A program made the translations under genes and the position numbers. From the NCBI RefSeq assembly GCF_009914755.1, contig NC_060929.1: a DNA stretch of 64,000 nt. One strand, written 5' to 3'. Position 1 is the stretch's first letter; every line of letters begins with the position of its first letter. Shown here in pieces: positions 48,599 through 64,000 of this stretch. The DNA is from the human T2T-CHM13v2.0 reference genome, Homo sapiens. The notes under the pieces were generated by a model. It was not told where the DNA came from. It was given only the letters and a program-made list of their open reading frames with translations, and did not search any database.

Positions 48599-49090
48599 TG
48601 TAAGGTTTGAAATTAAGCCCCAGTATTATGTGCTGCCTCAACATTTGGGAAAAGTAGGGCCTCAGATGGCCTAATTACAAATTACCCTCCCAAATGTCCT
48701 CCCCATGCATACAACACTCTTATCAAATGGACCAGGTGCGGTTACCGCTTCTCTCTGAGAAGTGGGTTTCAGTTCCTTGCTAGCTTATGGAATTATTCAG
48801 CCAACAAATCACATCCTCCTGTGGGAACCAGGGGGCACTACACCCTCTTGCTACTGCAGAGCCTGCCTTCTACAGCACCTGATGGTCTACTCTGTTCTCA
48901 AGTGCAACCCCTGTGTGGCCAGGCGTGGCATGCAGTGTTCTCCTCTCCTAGACTGTGAGTAGAAATGACTAATCAATTGTGTCAACCTCATCTGTCCAGT
49001 GTTGGATGCCATGTGTATACCATTAGCCATGCCCATAACCCTAAAGCCGGAATCTCTCCCTCACCAAGGAAATGAATAGGAGGCAACATG
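48599..49090 (+). mobile_element. ERVL-type solo LTR inserted in L2, family not assigned
   Basis: Starts TGTAAGG; ~490 bp with LTR-like composition; flanked by L2-like sequence. Confidence 0.5.
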
Positions 49091-49439
49091 AGTCACGTCA
49101 CCTGATTCGTGCTTTAAATTGGGACTACATTAGTATGTACTATTTGTGCTTTACTATTGAGAATAAACTATGAGGAGCTAAAACCAAAAACAGGAAATCT
49201 AGGTATGAAGTCATGGAATCATTCAGATATGATGGTGGCTTAGATGAGGGTGGAAGTAGTGGTAGAGAGATGTACTTGGCTGGATTTGAGAAGTATTGTG
49301 AAGGCAGAGACAGTGGGCTTTGCTCAGAAATAGAATATGAATGGGGAAAAGAGGAGTCAATTTTTTTTTGCCTGATAGCTGGTTGCCATTTATTCATGTG
49401 GGGGAAAGAGAGAGAATGGCTGTTTTTATAATGCTTCTC

Positions 49440-51290
49440 CCTGTCTTACACAAATTGTTGCACTAATTAAAAATAAAAAGGAGAAAGTATACCTCATTTT
49501 GTGAGGCTTGTATGGTCTTGATACCAAATCCAGTACAAGAAGAAAAAATTGTTCATTGATCATTTTCACTTACCATGAAAGTGAAAATCCTAAGTGGTAG
49601 AAATGATCTAACACAATCATCAAATTTAATTTTAAGATTTTAGATGCAATTTCCTTTATAGTTAGGAATAAGACATGTATAGCTTGGTGTCATTGCCACA
49701 CCAACAAAATACAGAAAGCCCTGATCAATGCATTAAAAAGAGGAGAGAAGAAAACCAAATTGTTATTATTTATAGCTACAATACCAGATGGAGATCAGAT
49801 GCATGGGAAACCTGAGAATATCAGTAAAATATTAAAATTAATAAGGGAGTTCAGCAAATTTGTTAGATTTTAAAACAATATACAAAACTCTGTGTTCCCA
49901 TAAAAAACAATAATTTAATATAAAATACAATACAAGATATCATTCACAGTAGCAACAAAAACTATAAAGTATGTAGAGATTAACCAAAGAAAACACAGGA
50001 TGTTTACAGAGAAAAAATTTAAAATTATGAAAGCACATACCAGAAAACCTAAATAAACGGAACTCTAAATACCATATTAACAGCTTGCTTTAACCTTGTA
50101 ATTAATTTTTCTTAATCTCTAAATTCAATGTAATTACAATTAAAATCCCAGAAGGATTTTTAACATGGAAAACTGATTCTGAAATTTATGTGGAAAAAAG
50201 AAATATTTTCAAAGAGTTAAAGCAAAACCAAAAAAGAAGATATATTAGATATTAGGATATATTACAAATGAAGGAAATTTTTATCAATAAAACAGAAATG
50301 GCAGACTAAAAGAAGCTATTGCCAACTACAGCAGAAAAATAATTGTTTTAAAATTTATATCTATATAAAGTATATAGTTAAAATATAAGAAACGTTTGTT
50401 AATGCAGTTAAGTCAATATTGAAAGTGAAGTTCAAAGCAGGAATTTGGGGAGAAAAATTCACCCTATGAGGTAATCAGGCAAATTAGAAAGTCATAATTC
50501 TGCAAACCAGCAAAGTTAGGAAACAGCAAGAATAAAAAAACGGGCAAAGGTATGGCTAGGCCAATCAAAGGAAGAAAACCACATGGCTAAAAATTATATG
50601 AAGAATGTTCTACTTCACTGGCAACCAGATAAATACAAATGAAATAAAAAATGATACACCATTTAAAATGTAGAGATTGGTAAAAATTAGAAAGTCAGAC
50701 CATAACAAGTGCTAGTGAGGATACAGGGAGTTGTAAACCTCATACATGACTAGGGGAAGCTTAAAGAGGTGCAGCTTTTCTAGAAAGCAACCTGGCAAAA
50801 CTTGGTGAAATTATGACTGCATACACACTGTGAGCCAACAATCCAATTCCTGGGCATACAATTCAAATAAATTGAATATCAGCGGGTACAAAGACATATT
50901 AGAAGATGCACATCCCAGACTGTTTGTGGTAACAACGATCTGAAGGCAATCTACATGTCTGTTGATGAGGGAAATTGATAAGGAAAATATGTGATATGAC
51001 GTATGGAATACTATGAGTTCATCACACATAATGAACAAGATTTATTTACACAGAGCAACACGGATGGGATCTCAAAATACACTGTTGAGTGCAAAAAGAA
51101 AAAAAGGATGAGATTAGAAGCTTCATAGCATTTATGTAAATGAAAACCACTGACACTAAATAACATTATTTTTCAAGGGCATATTTGTCTAAATAAACAC
51201 GGGGAAAGTGGATTGCAAAGACATAGAGTAAATACACTATAGTGAATGCACATAGCAGGAGGGTTGTGATACAGGAGATGAAGAGGAAAA
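49440..51290 (+). mobile_element. Old L1M (ORF2 3' part and 3'UTR)
   Basis: A-rich; 'agggagttcagcaaa', 'cattcacagtagcaacaaaa', 'gaaagcaacctggc', 'caattcctggg'. Confidence 0.75.
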
Positions 51291-52178
51291 ATGTGAAAAT
51301 AATATGAGGGGCTTTACATAGACGAGTGTCGATAATGAGTCATGAAAAGAAGAGTTGACTCAATTCTGCCCACCTGAGGGCTAAGAAAGATAAAGCAAAG
51401 TAAGGAAAAGAAACAAAATGTGTGTTGAGAAACCCTTCCAGCTGATCTCTGTCTCTGTTCTGAAACCTCTGTTCCACTTCTTCAGAAATGAATTAGCCCA
51501 TTCATTAGGATCCAGTCAAAGAGAAGGTGTCTTCCTTAGGATAGTTGCTTAACTTGTTAAGCCTTAGTTTCTTTACTGGTAAATAATGCCCTCACCTTCC
51601 AGATCTGATGGGTAAATTAAAAGGGTGACCTTTGTAGGTCCCCACAAAGTCTCTGGTTCAGATAGGTGCTCAGTATCCAGCAGCCATTATTACATGTAAA
51701 CAAAGAATGCTAGACCCTGACAAAATCTGAGAGGTGAACGAGTTAATTCTTATTCCATGAATGCGGGGCAGGATGACAGGATGGAGTCTGGGACTTGCCT
51801 ACAGTCCACAGATGGGGGGTTGGGGATTGAAACAAGACCACAGCTCAACTCACTCCTCATCCAGCTTTTTCCACTACCCCTCATCACCTCCTCGGGCTCT
51901 AGAAGATATATACAAACTCATTTTTCTGGGACTAAAAGGAATTTTTATTCATGACATGTTTAAATCCATGTAAATGTCAACATTTCTGGCCAATGGAGTG
52001 TTGTGAAAGGAATAAACAATACAGGAAATAGAAAAGGTTATTTATCCACATCCGCTCTTTTTAAAGGCTATAATGCTGTTTCCAAATCATGCCAGTGCTT
52101 GTCAGAGATTATAAGGAAAAGTGCCTACAGAGTTGGGAAGAGGAAATCACAATGCAGATGATTATGGATCAGGGTATA

Positions 52179-52683
52179 TGTGATGGTTAATTTTGTTTGT
52201 CAACTTGATTGGGTCAAAGATACCCAAATAGGTGGTTAACCATTATTTCTGGGTGCATCTGTGAGGGAGTTTCTGGAAGAGATTCACATTTAAGTTGGTG
52301 GACCGAGTAAAGCAGATGGTCCTTTCTAATTTGGGGCAAGGGATGGGTGGCGGGCATCATCCAATGCAGTGAGTATGGAACAAAAAGACAGAAGAAGATT
52401 AAATTTGGTATCTGCTTGACTGTATGAGCTGGGATATCGATCTTCTCTGGCCCCCAGCCCTCTTGGATCTCCGTCCTTCAGATGCAGGCTGGAAGCTACA
52501 CCATTAACTGTCAGGCTTTCAGGCTTTTGAACTACACCACCGGCTCTCCTAGGTCTCCAGCTTGCAGACAGCAGATCACGGAATTTTTCAGCCTCCATAA
52601 TTTTGTTCCAATAACTTCCAGTGAATCTCTTTGTATATTGGTTCTATTGAATCTGTTTTCTCTGCAGAACCCTGATTCATTCA
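52179..52683 (+). mobile_element. MLT2 (MLT2C/D-like) ERVL LTR
   Basis: 'tgtgatggttaattttg...tcaacttgattggg...ctccagcttgcagacagcagatc...tctctgcagaaccctga'. Confidence 0.85.
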
Positions 52684-53464
52684 GCTTACTAAACCAGTCA
52701 GCAGGCTATGGATGGCACTTTGAAGGCCATAATTTTGAGACCCTGCAAAGCAGGTGAAGGAGAGAAATTTATAACTAAGGCTCTTCACCCATTCTCCAGA
52801 AGAATGCCTTTATTTCTTTGTCTCCAAAATCTAATGTAGAAGCCAGCAAGCTGCTGCCAACAGCAGGGAGCCTGACATGAGATGGAACACTGCTGTCCCT
52901 GTAAAGGAGTCAACACCATGAACCGTTTTGAATACATGAGAACAGCCAACAGCCACCAAGGCCATACAATATCTGGCGACCCAGTCAGGATGAGAATATT
53001 GGCTTTAGCCATGATAAAGATAGTGACAGTTTATATGAGGGTTAGCATCAAAACAGGACAGTTTATAAGAACCCCAAAGCTGAAAATCTTTTAAAAACCC
53101 TAAGCCAAAATCTCGATGATGTGCTGGTACAAGGGGCGTTATTATTTAACTAAATATTAATAGATTCCTGTCCTTTTGGCTTACTTCTCTGCTCCCTCTC
53201 TCCTTCAGCTATTTTCTATTATTTTTTCCATACACACAAATGCAGAGCTTTTTGGTACTTGCTTTGTAATCCAGTGCATAGAGATGTTGATTCCCATCTC
53301 TAGGGGCAAACAATTGTACTATGTTTTGTTTTTTTCCCTATTGTATGCCAAAAGAAAACAAACCTATTCTGTTCTCTGTTTATAGAACTGTCTTTGTCTA
53401 GCTGTCTGTCTACTTATCTATCTATATCTATCTATCTGTCTATCTATACCTACCTATTTTATAC

Positions 53465-53968
<504 letters not shown>

Positions 53969-54068
53969 GCACTGTCTTTCTAATCACAATTCTTCCTGTG
54001 AACTCTGACTTCTGTTGGCTATCTGTTTTAGCCCTTTCAACAGAAATGAAAATACAGAAAGATGTTCA

Positions 54069-54236
<168 letters not shown>

Positions 54237-54668
54237 TTACAGTCAAATACCAGGTACTGATGTCCCAAAATTTCTTCTTGGAAAGAAGGAACCATTTTAT
54301 TTTCATTGGCACCAATCATAGGATGTTTTCTTCACTATTTAATTTTGAATAACACAGTTCTTTTCAGGGAAGACACATTATCCTGAAACACCCTGAATTA
54401 ATGCTAGATTTGAATGTCTATAAGTAGGATTTGTGAACTTTGATAAATATTTAATCATTCTTTCATTTGGGTGAATGGCCTTACATTTTCAAGAATGGGT
54501 GTTAATGTGAGTGAGCCTTTTAAATATCACTTTTTTGAAGTATTACAGTAAGTGATTGCATAGTAAACATTCAGAATATGCAACTTCAGGAAGAATGAGA
54601 GAAAACTGTCCTAATACTATGCTGTGGCTTGGGATAAAATTGAGATATGATGGAGGAAAAATATGTCA

Positions 54669-55027
<359 letters not shown>

Positions 55028-55459
55028 GTTAATATGCTTATATAAAACGATATTAACACATCAATTTTATAAGTATATATAAAATGATTTATAATATGTG
55101 TATAACTAAATTAATACATTAACTATTTTTAAGCAGATGATTCATGATTTTTAGCTATGTTCCTAGAATTTTTGGTGACGGGAAGGGGAGCATTTACTTG
55201 GGCAATGGGAGTGTCTCATATTTGACATTGCCTTATATTAGGGCATATACTGTAGATGCATAAACAATGGTTGAATCCTAACCAAGCTTGGGGTGGGGGG
55301 AGGAAGAACAATGAAGACATTCACAACAAATTATTTTCTTTTCTCTGTGTTATCAAGAAAATGTGTTTACCAGTCTTTATCTTGATTCCAGATCCACAGC
55401 AAATGATGACTCTTCTCTATGTATGACGATGATGGTTTGTGAACCAAACTCTGGATCAT

Positions 55460-55940
55460 ATAAAAATGAGTGTTTGAAATACTACTTCAAAAGTAGCCAC
55501 TTCTGAAGATTCTATACATTTATTCAGAGAATGACAGTCATGGGCCAAACTGCTTGGGAACGCCTCTTGGAGGACTGCCTTCAAATCATCACTTCACAGG
55601 CTGGACGACAGGGCCAGGCTCCACACTTTATAGACAGTCTTTTTGTTTTCTTTTTTTTTTTTAACCCCAAATGGTTATACTCATGCCATTGACCAGCTTG
55701 GCCTCTGGATGACTTTTGGCTCTTTCCAGAAATCATTAAATTCACTGTCTTCCACTGACTCCCATCCCCCATCCCACCCCAAAGGAAGAAGACTTGGCAC
55801 AGAGTAGGACTTTCAGAAAAATGCTCTGCAGGCTCTGAAGACAATTCTGCGAGAGGAGTTCCAAATGTTTAGAGGAAAAACAAGACAACTAGAGTCAGTA
55901 TATGACCTCCCAACGAGAATGTGCTGAAAAGAGACAAAAT
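55460..55940 (+). mobile_element. MARNA-like non-autonomous mariner fossil
   Basis: 'gacttttggctctttccagaaatc' (mariner DFWLFP-type segment) and 'gcaggctctgaagacaattc...gaggagttccaaatg'. Confidence 0.65.
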
Positions 55941-56739
55941 TCCTTAGGGTTTCTAAGTTCTAGAAGATTACTTTTTAAATATCATTTTATGTTCCTATGC
56001 CACATTTAAAATGTACAAACCTTGCATGCCATACCAGGTAGCCAGATTGAGCAAATATCTTCACGTGTTTTCTACTTCAATCAAAATAGAAAACCTTAAG
56101 CTTTTTTGCTTTTGAGACTAAGCCTATAAACAAAAGTACAATTTATAAACCTGCTATGCACATTGGCAGGAACCTATGACATAAAATGAATATTTAAACT
56201 TGGGTTATTTGGCAAAATGGTGGTACCATCCTCCCAGTAACAATGCTAAACATCAGAACACAAGCAAGCTCATGATGCAATCAGCACAGGGGTGCGGGAT
56301 CATTATCTTCAGTTGTTCACTTGCAGAGGGACTGAAAGCTCAAGTTATATAGACTTGCCTCATCTGTAGGCCTGGTGAATACATCTTCCATTTTACATTT
56401 TGGCTCCAGGATATGACATTCTCTCCATATATCATCTGCTGGTTTTCTTCTTTGTTGGACAGTTATTTTGTTAGGAATTCATAACTCTTTATGTTTTGAC
56501 ACAAGCTCCCAGCACATAAGCTATTCCCTGATTGGAAATGAAGCTGTTTAGAAACTTGTTTTAACTCTTTCAATTCATTAGGGTGTTATTTAGTAAGTTC
56601 ACTGAAGCAGTAATTTCCCAAGTAGAATTAGCTGGCCCTTTATATGTTGTCAAATAGCCAACTTTCGAGCTGGAACAATCCAACAAATGCAGTTATAACG
56701 CAACCAAAACCAGTTAAGAAATAAGTGACTTTGGGGATT

Positions 56740-56860
56740 TAAAAAGAGAAAGTGAGTCCAGGGAAATTTGCTAATTCTTTTGGAAAGAACTTAAAAATTA
56801 GGGAATGAAGGAAAACAAATTGGACTTCACATATTTGGATTTCAGAACAACATTTGATTT
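56740..56860 (+). mobile_element. CR1/L3 reverse transcriptase fossil
   Basis: 56823-56858 translates DFTYLDFRTTFD, resembling the CR1 motif VYLDFSKAFD. Confidence 0.5.
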
Positions 56861-59452
56861 AGAATAGTAATTCTATGGTTAGATTAATTCAAGCCATATT
56901 AATTATTTGAAGATTGTAATGCATGATTCTAATATGATGCTCATTCGATTCACATTTCCCATTACCTCTGAAGAGTACATATCTCCAAACGGAGTTATTT
57001 GGAATAAGTCTTTTACTGTGCACAAGTTTAGAAAAAATTTCCAGGAATTTATCCCAAAGGAAAACCCAATAGAAACAAAAACAATTTGTATTTGCCCACA
57101 CTAGTGCATTTCTCTGCCTTCTGCCAGACATTTTTTAGATATTCTCAAATCAAGTTCTCATTTCTGCCTCTGGCATCTCACTGCAACAGTACCAGACATT
57201 GATATAGTCTCGATAACTTTCAAAAGCTTTCTTTGTACATCGTCGGGTCGGATCTGTGCAATTATTTTGTGGGTTTAAAAATGCTTCTCTACCTAAATGT
57301 AAGCTCCTAGAGGGAAGAACTTTGTCTATCTTGCCTACTTTTGTATCTTCAGAATTCAGAAACGTGTCTGGTACGTAGAAAATGTCATTAACCATTTGTT
57401 GAATTCTGTAGATGAGGAAACTCAGGGCCTACAAAAGAGTAATAATGATGCTTTTGTTTAGCTCCATAAAGTCTTCAGACTGCTATCTTATTTATTCTGT
57501 TATTGTAGAGTTCCATATTTTATGAGGACACTGCCTTCCTTTTTTGTCACAATTGCACATTATACACAAACACACACACACAAACACACGTACATCTATA
57601 GCTGTTCCATGATTTTTACTTACGCCTCTTTTTGAGCAATTATATCTATAAAATCATGAGTTTTATGTGCTAGTTATATTTTTTCCTAATACACATAAGA
57701 ACAAATAAATCATTTTATATAGAATTAAAAAGTAGATAAAAACTGGATTGTGCAAAATCATCTCACATCATACAAATTGCTATCCCTACTACATTTGGAG
57801 CAAGTCTGTTATGTTGGATCCTTTTAGTAAGCCCATGAGAGAGGCCACAGGAGGTAAGCAAAGCAGGCTTTGTTAGCTCCAATTTACCAGGGAATAAACT
57901 GAGGTGAGTGCGCACAGGGTCACACAACTACTAAGTGTGGATCTAGGACTCTGGCCCCCAAGTCTCCTCACTGCCTGTTTAACATCTTCTACTATCTTCT
58001 ACCCCTCCTCCAGCATTCCTGGGGAAATCTACAGCTAAGCTGATATTTGCTCTCTCTGTAGATGGCTCTCTGTTCTGAGAGTCTAGCTTAGAGCTATTTG
58101 GAAACAATCTTATGAGGATGAACTAGGGACAAAGAGGTCACCTTAGGCAGGTCTTAATTTGTAATTTTATTCAAGGGAGGAAGTACATGCTAAGAAATTG
58201 TTGCTGAAAACTGTGTCTAATTGGTAATAATGAGAAAAGGGTGGGAAAGGATGGAGAGTTGGATGATAAGGGAAAAAATAAAAATTGGCTTAGAGAAACA
58301 TGCTCCCTGGAAGCTCATTTGCATGTACTATAAAACCATGTAAGGCTTGTTTTGTGCAATGATATAATCATAGTTAAAGTCGATGAGCATACCTACTACA
58401 AACCAGGTGTGTCACCTGCATTATCTCATGTATCCTCATGGCAGGTAAGTTTCTTGCTTAGAGAGTAACCTGCTTAGGATCACACACCTGAGAGGGGGCA
58501 GAACCAAACTTTGGACAGAGTCCCTCTGTTTCTTAGAGTGCATTTTCTTTCCTTTTCGTCTGCATGACTGTGTTGATACTAGCTCAATTGTGATGAAGGG
58601 CTCACATTAATTTTCAGTATATGCCTACATTTTGGCCAGATGATAAATTCAAATAATGCTGTACATTACAGAATAAAAGCCTACACGTGTCCTTTAGGCC
58701 AGTTGAGATGGGCAGCTGTGAGGTGTGGTCATGGTCTTGTAGTCCATATTCATCCGAGATCTGGCTTAAGACTTGGATCACTATGGGGCAACTATAGGAT
58801 CTTTTTTTTCCCACCACCCTACCTGGAGTGGACCTAGGGGTCCTTACTGAACTGTGCAGTAAAGATCTGAAGTTGGCTAAGGTGCCCATGAAATCTTTAG
58901 GACTGGTCTAGATGAATAGAGTAATCAAATGTCAGGGGGCTAAAGTCCAAAATAAGGTCTTCCAAGGCTGCCATAATCTTGGTCCATATTTTTTAAAGTG
59001 ACTTGGAATAATCTTGACATTGGGTTCAAGAAAAGATGACAAGGAGAAGTGCAAAATCTGTCCTCCCAGCAGTTGTTCTTCTGGCTGATAGCTCCTTGTA
59101 CTTTATGCAGCTCTGAGCTCTCCTGTGCCATTTAGCATTGCATTCTGATGGACTGTAGATGTTAGAGAATAGACAGTCTAAGGAGCAAGAGAAATATTTT
59201 TTCCTAACTCATCCCCTGTCTTTAACCTTCAAGCAGGGTATGTATGAGAAGATGTTATAAACCTACATTGTAAAAAGCACTTAATATCTTAAAGCAAAAA
59301 GAACAGCAAAATGTTTTTGGCGATGCATCCCAGTTCATATACCTCAGGGTCAGGAAGTCTTGAAAAAAGACTAAACAAAACCTTTTCTGCAATATCAGTC
59401 CATTGATCTATCATCAAAAGAAAGTAAAGAGCAAGCTCTCCCAATGGGAAAC

Positions 59453-59895
59453 TGCTATGGTTTGAGTTTGTCTCCACTGAAACTCATGTTGAAATTTGAT
59501 CTTCAATATGGTGGTGCTGGGAGATGAGACCTAGTAGGAGGTGTTTGGGTCATGGGGCAGATCCCTCATGAATGGCTTGGAGCCATTCTGGTGGTAGTAA
59601 ATTCTCCCTCTTGTGAGACTGAATGAGCTCTTGTGGGAATGTTTCCAAGATATCGGGTTGTCATAAAGCCAAGGTGCCCCTTGGGTTTTGCCTCTTGGCA
59701 TTTGTCGGCTTCTCCTTTGGCCTTCCACCATATTTTGATCCAACACAAAAACCCTCACCAGAAGTTAAGGAGATACTGGTGTCATCCTTCTTGTATTTCC
59801 CCACCTGCAGAACTAGGAGCTAAGTACACCTCTTTTCTTCATAAATTATCCAACCTTGGGTATTCTGTTATAGAAACATTAAATGGATAAACACA
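59453..59895 (+). mobile_element. MST-family solo LTR
   Basis: 'tgctatggtttg...aaactcatgttgaaatttgat...gatccctcatgaatggcttgg...tattctgttatag'. Confidence 0.88.
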
Positions 59896-60283
59896 GGAAA
59901 AATCTCACATTTTGAAAGGTCAGAGAAGTTTCAATTGACTACTTATGGAAGAAGTGGAGGAAAGTGAGGATCTCCAGAACTTACAAAAGGCTAGTGGCTC
60001 TGTATGGCAAGGAAGAACCACCACCAAACAGTTTGATGTACAGAGTTGGAGATGAACAAATTTTGTACTGAGAGAAGGATGGAGATAGTGTATATAAAAG
60101 AAATACAAGGCCTCCCTTTGTCTGTTCAGACAAGCTTGGCTTGGAAAAGCTAAACTCATAAATAGATGCTTATTTATTAAATTCTCTTACAATTATGTAT
60201 TGCCTCAGAGTGTGCCTTAATGGTTATTTAGCTATTTTTTTAAAAACTTCTCTTATCTAGTTTTTTTTTTTTAATTAACTTAA

Positions 60284-60619
<336 letters not shown>

Positions 60620-62073
60620 CTAGTGGTTCGAATTCAGAGATTATTGGTCCAAGACACCACTGTTCACCTGATTGCAGCCTACCTATCCTCTTTGTGGACA
60701 AAGTACCTAGAAGGAAAAATGAATCTTGATCTTCTAACTTAGGCTAGAAAATGGGATCCAAAATCATAACCTTCTATCAAAGAATTAGTGACTAAAATGT
60801 ACTCCAAAACCCCCTCGGCCACGCAGCTTGTGAGAGAATATTCAGGGAAAACAAGTACCAGTCAGTATCAGTAGCTCTTCTTGTTTGCTTTCACATAAGG
60901 GGTTCTAACCGCCATGTTCCCTAAGTCTCTCCTTTCCCTTGGGATGCCAACATTGTTCTTGAATTCTCTATGGTGGTTTTTAAGTTCCCCGGCTATAAGC
61001 CACCTTTGGTTATCCCAACTCCAACTCCTGGTGGCTTACCTTAGTTGCTGCAGCTGCTGTTACTTCAGTTTGACGCTGGAGTTAGATCTTGTTGCCATTT
61101 TTGTGTCAATATCATTCCCTCCATTTCTGTGGGGTCCTTTACCACTCTCTCCTTCGTGTTGGTACAGGATAGCTCCTTTGCCATAACTGTGCTGTTTCAC
61201 GAAGATGCAGCAAGGAGAAGGGACAGGAAAGGAGGGAAGAATGAGGAGAGATCGAGTTTTTACCCATCGGTGTCGCAATTCTTGCTAGGCTCCTCAAAGT
61301 TGGTTTTAACTCTCCCAGCTTCTTACTGTGGCTATACGGATCACTAGACTCTATTCTTTCATAAAACACTGTTCTCTTGGGGAATTTTGAAAATGTTCCC
61401 TTGGACATTTGGGGCTTTCTACACAATGTCAAACTCCTAGGCTCTCTTCCCAACAAATAATCTGCGTGATGCCTTGGAACTTTTCCCCTTTCTACTCCAG
61501 GATGAGGTATTGCTCTTCATCTCTTCTCCTGAATTGTTGGTGGCAAGCCTATTGGATCTGTTATGGGGACCCACCTTCTCATCTTGGGGATGTTCTTTGC
61601 TGTAATGTGGGTTTACTCTCTTGACTTTCCTTTCTGAAACTGTATTGCTTTCAGCATTTTCTGAGCCTCTAGCTGGTGACTCCAATTTGCCTGCATAGGA
61701 ACTGCTTCCTATCCTCCAGAAATTCCTCAATTCTGAATTCACCTCTGCCCTCTAGAGTCAATAGCAGACTGCTCTTTACAGTAGCCGTCTTCTAGGTTGA
61801 GGCTCTGCTGAAATGCAGACAGTCAAAACCTTCCTTTCCTAAATGTGTCAATCTGACCTCCATTGCTGGCTTCTCCTGTACTGCCCCTTTCTGCCGTCTC
61901 TCAGAAGACTGGGCCAGCACAGTCCATTTGGATTAACTGGACAAAAGCAATGCCAAAAATGACCACATTAAAGCACGTTCCCCCTGCCCTGTCCCCCCAA
62001 CACACTACACACACATTCATGCACATACAAACCATGCTTCATTGTGTGACAGTAGCCAGCTGCAATACTTAAC

Positions 62074-62372
62074 TTTTTTTTTTTTTTTTTTTGAGACATG
62101 GTCTCACTCTGTCACCCAGGCTGGAGTGCAGTGGCCCAATCTTAGCTCACTGAACCTCTGCCTCCCAGGTTCAAGTGATTCTCCTGCCTCAGCCTCCTGA
62201 GTAGCTGGGACTACAGGCACACACCATCACCCCTGGCTAATTTTTGTATTTTTTAGTAGAGATGGCGTTTCACCATATTGGCCAGGCTGGTCTCGAACTC
62301 CTGACCTCATGATCTGCCCGCCTCTGCTTCCCAAAGTGCTGGGATTACAGGCATGAGCCACCACGCCCAGCC
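62074..62372 (-). mobile_element. AluS
   Basis: polyT plus dimer; TSD caatactta. Confidence 0.93.
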
Positions 62373-62539
62373 AATACTTATCTTTTAAGAATTGGTGGAA
62401 GCTCTTTAATTAGGAACATTCAAAACCAGAAGAGATTCCACATCAAAAGGAAATAATAACAATTTTGAAATATTAACAATTTATGCTTCTACAAGTCCTT
62501 TCACAGCGCTCAAAGGACTTTATGGGCATGCTCACATTT

Positions 62540-63558
<1,019 letters not shown>

Positions 63559-64000
63559 TAAAAACTACATACACCCATTTTTTTTTCTGAGATGGCATTG
63601 TATGGATTTTAAAATATTTATTAAAAACACTTTCATGTTTATGTGGTCTTAGCTCATTTTCATTCCCATTGGTTATATAACATTCTTTCTTCTAAGCATC
63701 AGCTTCCCAAATTCCCATCAATTATGCTAGTGTACCATTTTCTCTACAATTAGATGGTTCCTCTTGCTCCATTCTTCCTTCCTCCACCTCCTGCCCAACC
63801 CCTACTTCCCCAAGGAAAGGAATATGAATATCTTTTATGTATTTCTTTTAGAGTATTGTCTTGTTTTTACAGAATTTCCCTCTACCTGTCTCATAGAGCC
63901 TTATTTTCCAGACCAGTAAATTTGCCTTTCTTTTCTTTCTTATTTTATTTTTTATTTCTCATTTTTATTTTTATTTTTTCCTGCCCCCAGCATTCATGAT

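Noticed and set aside
61437-61742. 101-aa hydrophilic ORF that looked protein-like
   Set aside because: Non-ATG start, no recognisable homology, no poly(A)/TSD to support a processed pseudogene

Overview
Primate, most likely human or another hominoid, non-coding genomic DNA dominated by interspersed repeats. I see no host protein-coding gene, rRNA/tRNA gene or CRISPR array. Nearly all track ORFs are L1/ERV fragments, Alu read-throughs or chance ORFs. Bases ~400-14,270 are one nested retroelement stack: an MST (MaLR) LTR is split by a full-length but inactivated L1PA3-type LINE-1 on the - strand and by a two-LTR MER21A (ERVL) provirus with a tRNA-Leu PBS. That provirus in turn carries three Alus and a MER50 solo LTR. 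The rest holds ~20 Alus, many solo LTRs (MER61-, THE1-, LTR16-, LTR33-, MLT1-, MLT2-, LTR9-, MST-like), old L1/L2/MIR/CR1 fragments and DNA-transposon fossils. Best leads: a multi-stem or H/ACA-like foldable ~150-nt segment at ~47.0 kb, a dense AP-1 motif cluster at 42.6-51.4 kb, a MER21A+MER50 composite LTR with GCM1 and STAT motifs, unusual L1 junctions, and closely spaced inverted repeats. Repeat family names come from my recall of consensus sequences, not a database search, and boundaries of old repeats are approximate. I found no convincing new biological system; the findings are leads only.
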